Assembly: GCA_964459835.1 (NCBI GenBank)
Contig: CAYWPA010000001.1
Coordinates: forward strand, 1,601-65,600
Source: an uncultured Methanosarcinales archaeon
Lineage (GTDB): Archaea; Nanobdellota; Nanobdellia; Woesearchaeales; UBA12501
Length of the DNA: 64,000 bases
Reading direction: 5' to 3'
Positions 21,749-30,222 of the stretch are shown here, one piece after another; the first letter of the stretch is position 1, and each line of letters starts with the position of its first letter. The translations under genes were made by a program, and so were the position numbers. Below the pieces are notes generated by a model, which was given only the letters and a program-made list of their open reading frames with translations, was not told the DNA's origin and did not search any database.

Positions 21749-22842
21749 TTTACCGTTGAAATTATTTTTTTTACAGCTTCTTCCATTGTGCTTATGGAGT
21801 GAATCCCGTCTTTATCTAAAATCTTTTTTCCGGCTTCCTCATCAATACCTGTAATCCTGACTACCATAGGGATTTTGATTCCGAATTTTTTCTTGTAGTC
21901 AATAATTCCTTTTGCTACTTCCTTGCAGCTTGTAAGGCCTGCAAATATATTAATAAGTATTCCCCCTGGCTTTTTCATCATGCAGATTTCCATTGCCTTT
22001 TCCATTACATCTTCTCCGCTTCCTGCGCCTACATCAAGGAAATTGGCGGGCTTTCCTCCGTATAAGCTAATTAAATCCAAAGTCGCCATAACCATGCCTG
22101 CGCCGTTTCCTATTACAGCTATGTTTCCGTCAAGCTCAACATAGCCGAGGCCGAGCTTCTTTGCCTTTTTCTCTATTTCTGTTCCTTCAAATTTTGTCTT
22201 GAGCTTCTGCCTGAATAAGGCATTGTCGTCAATGATTATTTTTGAGTCAGCTGCAACAAGCTTGTTGTCTGAAACAACCAATGGATTGATCTCAACAATA
22301 GTTGCATCTTTTTCTTTCATTATTTTGTACAGCTTTGTTATCAGCTCAAGAATGTTTTCTTTTGCCTTAAAGTTGCTGATCAATGAAGATATTTTTGCTA
22401 TGTTTTCTGAGCTCAATTCAAAGAAAGGAAATTTTATTATCTTATCAGGATTTTTCTCTGCAAGCTCCTCTATATCAACTCCACCTTCAAATGAGAACAG
22501 CAACATGATGCCTTTGTGCTTTCTGTCAACAGCCAATGAAATATACAGCTCATCATCAACAGACAGCTTTTCCTCAACAAGAATCTTCTTTGGTATCATT
22601 CCTTTTATTTCCTTCTCGAAAAGCTTTTTTGCCTCTGTTTCTGCAAACTCCTGCGAAGAAGAAACTATTCCTCCGAGCTTTCCCCTATGGCCTGTGAGAA
22701 CCTGACTTTTCAGGACAACATCTCCTCTTATTTTGATTAGATTTTTCTTAAGCTCTTTTGTGCTAGAAATCACAAACCCTTTTGGGACAGAAACACCATA
22801 CTTGGAAAATATCTCCTTCCCCTCATATTCCATCAGTTTCAT
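21745..22842 (-). CDS. sucC: succinyl-CoA synthetase beta subunit (ATP-grasp)
   Basis: MKLMEYEGKEIFSKYGV N-terminus, ATP-grasp and CoA-ligase domains. Confidence 0.9.
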   Translation of the reverse strand: MKLMEYEGKEIFSKYGVSVPKGFVISSTKELKKNLIKIRGDVVLKSQVLTGHRGKLGGIVSSSQEFAETEAKKLFEKEIKGMIPKKILVEEKLSVDDELYISLAVDRKHKGIMLLFSFEGGVDIEELAEKNPDKIIKFPFFELSSENIAKISSLISNFKAKENILELITKLYKIMKEKDATIVEINPLVVSDNKLVAADSKIIIDDNALFRQKLKTKFEGTEIEKKAKKLGLGYVELDGNIAVIGNGAGMVMATLDLISLYGGKPANFLDVGAGSGEDVMEKAMEICMMKKPGGILINIFAGLTSCKEVAKGIIDYKKKFGIKIPMVVRITGIDEEAGKKILDKDGIHSISTMEEAVKKIISTVK

Positions 22843-22879
22843 CTATAACCCCTTTTACGCACAAATATTAAACCTTGCT

Positions 22880-23980
22880 TTAAGCATTAAATAATATGCA
22901 TATATATATATCTCTATCGTAAATTCCTTTTGTCTTATCAACCCAGACAACCCTTCCTGAGTCTATAATAGGGTTTGTCTGAAGGCCTTCTGCTGTAGTT
23001 ACAGGAAATATCTCCTCTTTGTTCAGGCTGTAAGCGTATATGTCTCCATCTCCATACCTGTAGTCAAGCCATACAACATAATCTCCGTTTATCTCTGGCT
23101 GCTCCTGAATTGCGCTGTCTGCTGTTAATGGGATTTCCTCATCAAGCCTTAAATCATACAAGTAAATATCGCCTGCTCCGTGTCTTCTATCCTTCCATAC
23201 AATAAAGTTTCCGTAGATTCTTGGCTCTTCCTGGTGTTCGCCATCTATCGTTATTCTTGTTTCCTTTTTTGAAGAAATGTTGTACATGTAAATATCGTTA
23301 TTTTCGTTCCTGTTGTCATCATAAACAATAACATCCATGTAAATATCTGGATTTCCTTGGTCCCTGAAAAGGTCTGTTATCTGGATTTCCTTTCCTGCTT
23401 CTATCTCGTATACAAAAATATCTAGGTTGGCGTTTCTATTGTCTTCCCATACAACAAAGTTTTCATATATTTTAGGATGCTTCTGGTCTTTCTCGTCAAA
23501 AGTTATTCTTGTCTCTTTCTTTGTTTTCAGGTCATACATGTAAAGGTCTCCATTTCCATTTCTGTTGTCATGATAAACTATTTTGTTGCCGAAGATTGAG
23601 GGCTGGTCCTGGTCATAAGGATTGTCTGTTATCTGTATCGTTTTGCCTGTCATTATGTCAAACATATAAACATCGTTGTTGTTTGATGTTCTTCTTGTGA
23701 AGACTATTTTGTTTCCTTGAATATAAGGCTCTATGTCGACAGTAGGCTCTTCAGTTGATATTAGGTATGTTTCTCCTTTTTTATACTGAGACTGCTTTGT
23801 TTCTTCTTTCACAGGCTCTATCTTTGTCTGTTTTTCTGATTCTTGCTCTTTTATGTGCTCTGTTGCAGGCCCTGCATAATCAACAGACTTAATATAGTCA
23901 ATTGCAGCTCTGTCTAAGAAAATCCCCAATCCTAATACTGCAACCAGCAATATTGCGAAGCTTATGATTACTGCCTTCAT
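22880..23980 (-). CDS. secreted beta-propeller repeat protein
   Basis: N-terminal TM/signal; six tandem roughly 47-aa repeats (P.IYGN.IV..D.RNG..DIYMYD), TolB/PD40-like. Confidence 0.55.
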   Translation of the reverse strand: MKAVIISFAILLVAVLGLGIFLDRAAIDYIKSVDYAGPATEHIKEQESEKQTKIEPVKEETKQSQYKKGETYLISTEEPTVDIEPYIQGNKIVFTRRTSNNNDVYMFDIMTGKTIQITDNPYDQDQPSIFGNKIVYHDNRNGNGDLYMYDLKTKKETRITFDEKDQKHPKIYENFVVWEDNRNANLDIFVYEIEAGKEIQITDLFRDQGNPDIYMDVIVYDDNRNENNDIYMYNISSKKETRITIDGEHQEEPRIYGNFIVWKDRRHGAGDIYLYDLRLDEEIPLTADSAIQEQPEINGDYVVWLDYRYGDGDIYAYSLNKEEIFPVTTAEGLQTNPIIDSGRVVWVDKTKGIYDRDIYICILFNA

Positions 23981-24057
23981 TTTCCATATCTATCAACCCT
24001 TTCAGAACCTCTAGCTAGGGGATACATAGAAGCTATTTAAAAGTTGTTATTATTTAA

Positions 24058-24079
24058 TTATTTTCTATATAGAAAATAA
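24058..24079. promoter_or_regulatory. 22-bp perfect palindrome TTATTTTCTATATAGAAAATAA (copy 2)
   Basis: Identical to 7843..7864; lies about 80 bp upstream of the beta-propeller gene start. Confidence 0.4.
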
Positions 24080-24113
24080 ATAGAAGAAAGTTATTTGTTA
24101 GCGCTCTATGGGA

Positions 24114-24752
24114 TTAAAGCAGATAAATCACATTGCTCGTGTTCGGGCAGGCTTCTTTGTGAATATCGTGCTTAAGCCGTTCTAAATCCTCTACAGTATC
24201 AACATCGCTCCTTACTTCAAGCAGAGCAAAGCCTATGCCTTTTTCTTCCAGATTTCTTTTCTGCTGCTCCAAAACCTTATCCGTGCTCCAATTTATGCCT
24301 GAAAAAATATCTGTATCAACGCCTTTGTTTATTCCAATCAGATAATACCCGCCGTCTTTTGCAGGACCTAAGACAGCTTCATTATCGTTCAGCAAAGCAA
24401 GAGCTTTCTTTATATTCCTTTCAAGAATATCAGGAATGTCAGAGCCAATGATTATAACTTTTTGAAACTCATTCAGCAGCAAATCAAAGCAGTTCTTCAT
24501 CCTCTCGCCCAAATCCTTTCCTTCCTGCGGAATGTAATTTACTGTTCCATACAGTTTTCTCATATCATCTTCTTTTTCTTTCGGAGAAAAGCAGATAAAC
24601 AGGTCGTACTCTTTGTTGTCGTGAAGGATAAGCAAGTCTTTAACAAATGCTATCTGCAGCTTTGCTGCATTTTCCTCGCCAATATCTACTGCAAGCCTTG
24701 TCTTTACTTTTCCTTTTTCAGGATATTTTGTGAATATGGCTAATGCGTCCAT
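24114..24752 (-). CDS. DUF2064 (TIGR04282-like) nucleotidyltransferase-fold protein
   Basis: N-terminal ALAIFTKYPEKGKVKTRL signature; paired with the adjacent GT2. Confidence 0.6.
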   Translation of the reverse strand: MDALAIFTKYPEKGKVKTRLAVDIGEENAAKLQIAFVKDLLILHDNKEYDLFICFSPKEKEDDMRKLYGTVNYIPQEGKDLGERMKNCFDLLLNEFQKVIIIGSDIPDILERNIKKALALLNDNEAVLGPAKDGGYYLIGINKGVDTDIFSGINWSTDKVLEQQKRNLEEKGIGFALLEVRSDVDTVEDLERLKHDIHKEACPNTSNVIYLL

Positions 24753-25423
24753 TATAAGTACAGTCTAGCTAATTTGTCAGGCTTTGTGCCTAAAAAATAC
24801 AAAAGCCTTATAAGGCCCATTTTAAAATACATTTTCGTTATGCCTTTTTTCAAAAGCCTTCTTCCTGATGTAGATGCTTTGCTTCTTATTATCTTTATCC
24901 TTTTTTTGCTGTACTTTTCTATAAGCCTTTTTGAAAAGTCGACGTCCTCCATGATTCTTATGTTATTGAAGCCTCCCAGCTCACTAAATGCCTGTTTCTT
25001 TACAAATATTGCCTGGTCTCCGAATATAACCTTTGATGTTAAAATCCTGTAATTTGACCTTGCTGCTATTATACTAAGTAGTGGATGCCTCTCTTTAAAC
25101 CTTATGCAGAAGCCGCCAGCAACAAAGTCTGTATTTTTTATTTTGCTTATTTCTTCAAAGGCATTTTGAGGAAGCAAAGTGTCGGCATGCAAAAATAATA
25201 TGATATCTCCTTTTGCTTTCTTTGCTCCGGCGTTCATCTGCCCCGCCCTTCCTTTTTGAGAGCTAACAATCTTTACGCCTAATTTTTTTGCAATCTTTAC
25301 AGTATTATCTCTGCTTTCGCCGTCAGAAACAATAATCTCGCATTTTCCATGCTTTTTCACACTATTGATAGCATCGGCAATGTTTTTTTCTTCATTTAGT
25401 GTCGGAATAACTACAGATATCAT
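24752..25423 (-). CDS. glycosyltransferase family 2 (TIGR04283-like)
   Basis: MISVVIPTLNEEKNI and DGESRD motifs. Confidence 0.7.
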   Translation of the reverse strand: MISVVIPTLNEEKNIADAINSVKKHGKCEIIVSDGESRDNTVKIAKKLGVKIVSSQKGRAGQMNAGAKKAKGDIILFLHADTLLPQNAFEEISKIKNTDFVAGGFCIRFKERHPLLSIIAARSNYRILTSKVIFGDQAIFVKKQAFSELGGFNNIRIMEDVDFSKRLIEKYSKKRIKIIRSKASTSGRRLLKKGITKMYFKMGLIRLLYFLGTKPDKLARLYL

Positions 25424-26166
25424 TTGGGGTGATATTTCCTTTTTTCTATATATTTTTTTCCGGCAATCGAGAATATGATTAATGCGGCGAATAGCAAAAC
25501 AGGGATTAGGACTTCTGTTGCCATCATGTCCATAAAGCCAAAGTCTCCTGCCAGAACCTTCTCTCCAAGAGTTGCAAACAAGTAAGTATAGATGAATGTT
25601 CCCGGTATTATCCCCAAAGCTGTCGCCAGGAAATAATCCTTTAACGAAATCTTTGTCAAGCCAGAGCCAAAGTTTAAGATATTGAACGGAACAACTGGAA
25701 TCAGCCTTGGAATAAAGACAGCCATAAAGCCTTTTTCCCCAATCTTTGTGTCAAGCTTCTTTGCCTTTCCCCTTGTTATTGACACTACAAAATCCCTTCC
25801 AAGATACTTTGCAGACATAAAGCACAGTGTTGCCCCTATAACAGCTCCGATCCAGTTGTACAGAAAGCCTTTTGCGGTGCCGAAAAGAATCGCGCCTGCA
25901 AATGTAAGAACTGTCCCTGGGATAAGAAAGATAGTTCCGGCTGCGTATATAAAAATAAATATCACAGGGCCTAAAATTCCAAACCCTTCCACAAACCCCT
26001 TTATGGCTTCAGGTGTTATGCCGGCTCCAATATCTGTAAACTTAAATATGTAAACGACACCGATTAAAGCCAGAGCAAACAATACGAATTTGATAATTGG
26101 TCCGCTGTTTTTTGCCATAATATGGTATTTTGCTTTTCTATTAAAAAATGTTGTGCTTAATATCAA
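25420..26166 (-). CDS. DedA/TVP38 family membrane protein
   Basis: VPFNILNFGSGLTKISLKDYFLATALGIIPGTFIYTYL signature. Confidence 0.7.
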   Translation of the reverse strand: MILSTTFFNRKAKYHIMAKNSGPIIKFVLFALALIGVVYIFKFTDIGAGITPEAIKGFVEGFGILGPVIFIFIYAAGTIFLIPGTVLTFAGAILFGTAKGFLYNWIGAVIGATLCFMSAKYLGRDFVVSITRGKAKKLDTKIGEKGFMAVFIPRLIPVVPFNILNFGSGLTKISLKDYFLATALGIIPGTFIYTYLFATLGEKVLAGDFGFMDMMATEVLIPVLLFAALIIFSIAGKKYIEKRKYHPK

Positions 26167-26176
26167 AAGAAACAGA

Positions 26177-26386
26177 TCATTCCTTTTCTATGTGTATGCA
26201 GTTTACAGGGCAGACTTCCTCTGCCTTCTTGTTTCTCTCTATATCCCTTGCCTCAAGCTTTATCTTCTTAGGCTTTGCTTTGTAGCCGTCCTCTAATTCA
26301 ACCATCTCCCAGTTTTCAGGGCATTCGCTGGTGCAGGCGCTGCAGCCGATGCATATGTCTATCTCATGCCTTATTTTTAAGCTCAT
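26177..26386 (-). CDS. 4Fe-4S ferredoxin
   Basis: CIGCSACTSECP and a second Cys cluster. Confidence 0.75.
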   Translation of the reverse strand: MSLKIRHEIDICIGCSACTSECPENWEMVELEDGYKAKPKKIKLEARDIERNKKAEEVCPVNCIHIEKE

Positions 26387-26430
26387 TTTGAATACCTAAT
26401 AAAAAGAATATATAAATGTTTAGAAGCAAA

Positions 26431-26619
26431 TCATAAGGAGTCAGAATCTACTTCTTCTTCCTCATCGTCGACGTCTTCAAAGTCCTTAAAGTCCTCGGCG
26501 TCATCCTTCTCTTTCAGGTGGAAAACTCCCCCGCACTCGCATTCCTCTCCTTCAAAAATGCCGTCGTGCTCTGTTTTTTCAGCATTGCAGCCGTCGCATA
26601 TATACACTCTTTCTTCCAA
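26431..26619 (-). CDS. small zinc-ribbon protein with acidic tail
   Basis: CDGC...CECGG, then a D/E-rich C-terminus. Confidence 0.45.
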   Translation of the reverse strand: MEERVYICDGCNAEKTEHDGIFEGEECECGGVFHLKEKDDAEDFKDFEDVDDEEEEVDSDSL

Positions 26620-26697
26620 TTTAGCCCCTCCTATAGGTGTTTGAAAAAGAGGTTTTAAAAAATACTATTTAAATTTAACGCATTTATTGCTATATAT

Positions 26698-26931
26698 CTA
26701 GATCCCCAGGGCTTTCTTCATGGCAGGCCTGTCAAAGCCAACTATCACAGTGCCATTGATCTCTATAACAGGCACGCCCATCTGGCCTGACTTCTTCACC
26801 ATCTCTTCCCTGGCCTTATCATTTTCAGCAACATTGATATCATCGAATTTTATATTGTTGTCTTTAAGAAACTTCTTTGCCTGTATGCAGTAAGGGCATG
26901 TTGGCGTTGAATAGACCTTTACTTTTGCCAT
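26698..26931 (-). CDS. glutaredoxin-like protein
   Basis: YSTPTCPYCIQAKKFL (CPYC) and GVPVIEINGTVIVGF. Confidence 0.8.
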   Translation of the reverse strand: MAKVKVYSTPTCPYCIQAKKFLKDNNIKFDDINVAENDKAREEMVKKSGQMGVPVIEINGTVIVGFDRPAMKKALGI

Positions 26932-26969
26932 AAAAATCCAGTCGCTTATGGGCTATATAAATTTTATGC

Positions 26970-27728
26970 TCAACTTTTTTTGCTTATTCTGTACAGCATG
27001 AAAACAGAAATCAGAAACATTGGGATGCTAAGCACCTGTCCCATTGTCAATGGAAATGTAGAAGGTAAAGTCTGGTACTCTTTGAAGTACTCCACAAAAA
27101 ACCTTAGCAATCCATACAGTGCGCCGAAGCTCCAGAATAAAAATCCTTTTGGAAGGTTTTTTACTGACTTCATATTCCATAAAATTCCGAATATCAATAA
27201 ATTCTTAGCTGCTTCATATAACTGAGAAGGATGCCTAAATCCTTCATATCCTTTAAACTTCACGGCCCATGGAATGCTTGTTACTCTTCCTACAATTTCG
27301 CCGTTGAAAAAATTCCCAACCCTTACAAAAGCAGCGCCTAATGCAATTGGTATTACAGCAATATCTGCAATATCATAAAACTGGATTTTTTTCTTTTTTG
27401 AATACCACCACATTACAAGCACTCCTCCTATTACTGCACCGTGGCTTGCTAATCCTCCTTTCCATACATACAAAATCTGCTCAGGATTTGAAAAATAATA
27501 TCCTGGATTATAGAATAAAACCTCTCCAAGCCTTGCCCCGACTATGAGGCCTATCATCATGAAAAGAAACAGCTCTTCTATATTCTGCCTTTTGATCCCT
27601 CTTTCTTCTGCAAGCTTAATTATGATAAAATAACCTATAAGAAATGCAAGGGCCATCAGAATTCCATAATACCTAATCTGAAAGGGCCCAACCTCTGCCA
27701 AAATCGGGTTTATATTGTGGTAAAACAT
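26970..27728 (-). CDS. lgt: prolipoprotein diacylglyceryl transferase
   Basis: Matches the Lgt PROSITE-type signature RVGNFFNGEIVG and the HPSQLYEA motif; 7 TM. Confidence 0.8.
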   Translation of the reverse strand: MFYHNINPILAEVGPFQIRYYGILMALAFLIGYFIIIKLAEERGIKRQNIEELFLFMMIGLIVGARLGEVLFYNPGYYFSNPEQILYVWKGGLASHGAVIGGVLVMWWYSKKKKIQFYDIADIAVIPIALGAAFVRVGNFFNGEIVGRVTSIPWAVKFKGYEGFRHPSQLYEAAKNLLIFGILWNMKSVKNLPKGFLFWSFGALYGLLRFFVEYFKEYQTLPSTFPLTMGQVLSIPMFLISVFMLYRISKKS

Positions 27729-27756
27729 GGTTAAAAAAATTAAAATTTATTGCAGC

Positions 27757-28437
27757 TTACTGCAGCTCAGCGTCAATTATCTGCTTGAATGCAGAGAACG
27801 GCTGCGCTCCTACAATCTTCTTTCCGTTTACAAAGAAAGAAGGAGTTCCTGAAACTCCTGCAGCCTGCCCATCAGTCAAGTCTTTCTGCACTTCTGACGC
27901 ATACTTTCCTGAGTCTAAGCAGCTGTTGAATTTTGCTGTATCAAGGCCAAGCTCATCTGCGTACTTTTTCAGATCGATTACGCCAATGGCTGCCTGGTTG
28001 TCAAAAATCTTGTTATGCATCTCCCAGAACTTTCCTTGGTCATCTGCGCATTCAGCTGCCTCTGCCGCTTTCTGCGCATATGGATGTATGCTTGTTAAAG
28101 GAAAGTCCCTGTAAACTAATTTTGCTTTTCCTGTTTTAATGTATTCTTTTTCCAATTGTGGAAGCGTATCAGAATAGAACCTTGCACAGAAAGGACACTG
28201 GAAATCTGAAAACTCTATTATCTCTACAGGCGCGTTCTTGTTTCCCTTAACAGGATCATCATCTGCGCTAACTTCTACTGTTGGCGCTGCTGAAGGCTGT
28301 GTAGGAGAAGGGCTTGGTGCTGCTCCTGTTTCTCCCCTGAAGAATAAAGCCCATATCAAAACTATTGCAAGAATTACTGTAGCTATTTTCCAAAAATCCT
28401 CTTTTTTCAATGAAAACAAAACATCGCTTTTTGCCAT
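27757..28437 (-). CDS. membrane-anchored DsbA-like thiol:disulfide oxidoreductase
   Basis: IEFSDFQCPFCARFY thioredoxin-fold CxxC; N-terminal TM plus Pro/Ser-rich linker. Confidence 0.8.
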   Translation of the reverse strand: MAKSDVLFSLKKEDFWKIATVILAIVLIWALFFRGETGAAPSPSPTQPSAAPTVEVSADDDPVKGNKNAPVEIIEFSDFQCPFCARFYSDTLPQLEKEYIKTGKAKLVYRDFPLTSIHPYAQKAAEAAECADDQGKFWEMHNKIFDNQAAIGVIDLKKYADELGLDTAKFNSCLDSGKYASEVQKDLTDGQAAGVSGTPSFFVNGKKIVGAQPFSAFKQIIDAELQ

Positions 28438-28497
28438 CTATACACCCTCCATAAGGAATGATAAGCGGAAATACCGGTTGTTTATAAAAGTATTGTT

Positions 28498-28689
28498 TTA
28501 AGCCTTATGGCCGACAGGGCACGGCCTGTCTCCGTAGTCGCAGAAAACGCAGCAGCCTTGCTTTGCAGATATTGTTTTTCCACAGCCTTCACATTTGTAA
28601 AAAGTAATGCATTTATCACTAGGAATCTCCATTTTCTGTTTGTGCCTGCATTTAGGGCATGTTAGAGTTCCTGTTGCAGATAGTTTCAT
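28498..28689 (-). CDS. small Cys-rich (multi-CxxC) metal-binding protein
   Basis: CPKC...CEGCG...GCCVFCDYG...CP; 63 aa. Confidence 0.45.
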   Translation of the reverse strand: MKLSATGTLTCPKCRHKQKMEIPSDKCITFYKCEGCGKTISAKQGCCVFCDYGDRPCPVGHKA

Positions 28690-28775
28690 GAGTTTTTTGA
28701 CCGTATATCGTTTATTTAGTAAAATTTATATAAAGGTTATGATATAAAAATATGAACTTTGGTTGAGGTGGAAAA

Positions 28776-29168
28776 ATGAAAAAAATTTTGCTTCTTATCG
28801 CAGTGCTTCTATTGATGACAGGTTGTGCTAAAAGCTATGACTATGGAAAGCCCGCAGAGCCGCAGAAAACATATGTTGTTGAAGAAGAGGCGCAAGCTGA
28901 TGCAGAACAATCAGAGCCTGAAACATCAACAGTTAGTGTAACGATACAGAACTTTGCCTTCAGCCCTGCAACAATAACTGTGAAGAAAGGCACAGCTGTT
29001 ACTTGGACAAATATGGATTCAGCTCCGCATACAGCAACAGGAGATGGCTTTGACACAGGAGTTTTAAAGAAAGGCGAGAGTGGCAGCATTACTTTCAATG
29101 AAGCGGGAACATTTGACTATACCTGCACAATTCATCCAAGCATAAAGGGGAAGGTAATAGTGCAATGA
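28776..29168 (+). CDS. cupredoxin-fold lipoprotein
   Basis: Signal with LLLMTGC lipobox-like Cys; C-terminal YTCTIHPSIKGKVIV cupredoxin copper-site-like motif; GGTGG SD-like sequence upstream. Confidence 0.65.
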   Translation: MKKILLLIAVLLLMTGCAKSYDYGKPAEPQKTYVVEEEAQADAEQSEPETSTVSVTIQNFAFSPATITVKKGTAVTWTNMDSAPHTATGDGFDTGVLKKGESGSITFNEAGTFDYTCTIHPSIKGKVIVQ

Positions 29169-29539
29169 ACAAAAAACTTGCAAATGTTTTTGTTTTTTCA
29201 ATTTTGTTTGCTTTAGCTGTTAATGCAGTAGATATAATATACCATCTTTCCACAGGTGTGCTTGCTCCGCTTTACTATATCATAAGAAAATTCCTTGCGA
29301 TGTTTGTTGCTGCTTTTGCAGTGACATGGCTATATGGCAAAAACATTAAATCAGGCGTTGCTGTTTCAGTCCTTGGTCCAGTATTGTTTTTTATTTACTA
29401 CCGCTTTTTTTATCTGATTAAAGCAGGTGATTTCTTTGCCTTTGGACCTGAAGTGGGAGACAGCGTATCAATGCTATTTGCCCACATGATAATGGCTTTT
29501 GCTGTCTACTGGATGTTTTTGAAGGTTGTTAAAGAATAA
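29165..29539 (+). CDS. membrane protein, unknown function
   Basis: ATGA overlap with the cupredoxin gene; 4 TM. Confidence 0.45.
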   Translation: MNKKLANVFVFSILFALAVNAVDIIYHLSTGVLAPLYYIIRKFLAMFVAAFAVTWLYGKNIKSGVAVSVLGPVLFFIYYRFFYLIKAGDFFAFGPEVGDSVSMLFAHMIMAFAVYWMFLKVVKE

Positions 29540-30187
29540 CTATCCGGTTGCATTAGAAACATTGCTTTGATTGATTGTAGCGTTCATCTCAATATAAAAC
29601 TCTTTAAGATCATCAGGAGACTTATATTCAAGGAATGTTTCATACTCTCCCACTCTGATTTTAGTAAACTCTCCTCTCCTCCTATGGCCTGGAACGTGTG
29701 AATAAATGTTATATTCCCCTTCTTTTGCGTTAAAAACATAGTCTGTTTTACCGTTTGCAGAGACATTAAGCCTTTCAGTTACCCTGTCAAAGCTTCTCAT
29801 AGGGCCTTCAACTACAACCTCATTAGCTTCGCTTACATTATTTTCAATGATTAGCTTAACAGGCCCTGGAAGAATGTTTATCTCTGCAGGAGAAAACTTA
29901 TCAACATTTATTACAATTTTAATAAACTGCTCTATTTCCTCATCGCTTATCCTTTCAAGAACTTCTGACTCGTTTATTTCTGTCTGGTTTGTCTCATTTG
30001 ATTCTTCAACTTCTGTTTCGTTTACTTCTTCTGCTGTTTCATTAATACCATCTTGGGCTGTTTCATTCTCAATCTCCCCTATCTCTGTTTCAAGATCAAG
30101 AATATCCTGCTCTAAATCACTGTTGGATTTGCAGCCTAGAGTAATAAAAACAATAAATACAACAATAATCAAAACCAGCTTTTTCAT
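29540..30187 (-). CDS. acidic lipoprotein with degenerate cupredoxin-like domain
   Basis: Signal ending ITLGC; NET/NQT/NES sequon-rich acidic repeat; C-terminal YSHVPGH resembles a cupredoxin CxxPGH site with Cys replaced by Ser. Confidence 0.45.
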   Translation of the reverse strand: MKKLVLIIVVFIVFITLGCKSNSDLEQDILDLETEIGEIENETAQDGINETAEEVNETEVEESNETNQTEINESEVLERISDEEIEQFIKIVINVDKFSPAEINILPGPVKLIIENNVSEANEVVVEGPMRSFDRVTERLNVSANGKTDYVFNAKEGEYNIYSHVPGHRRRGEFTKIRVGEYETFLEYKSPDDLKEFYIEMNATINQSNVSNATG

Positions 30188-30222
30188 AAAAACAAAGAAG
30201 AAGGATTTGTATTTAAAGCTTT

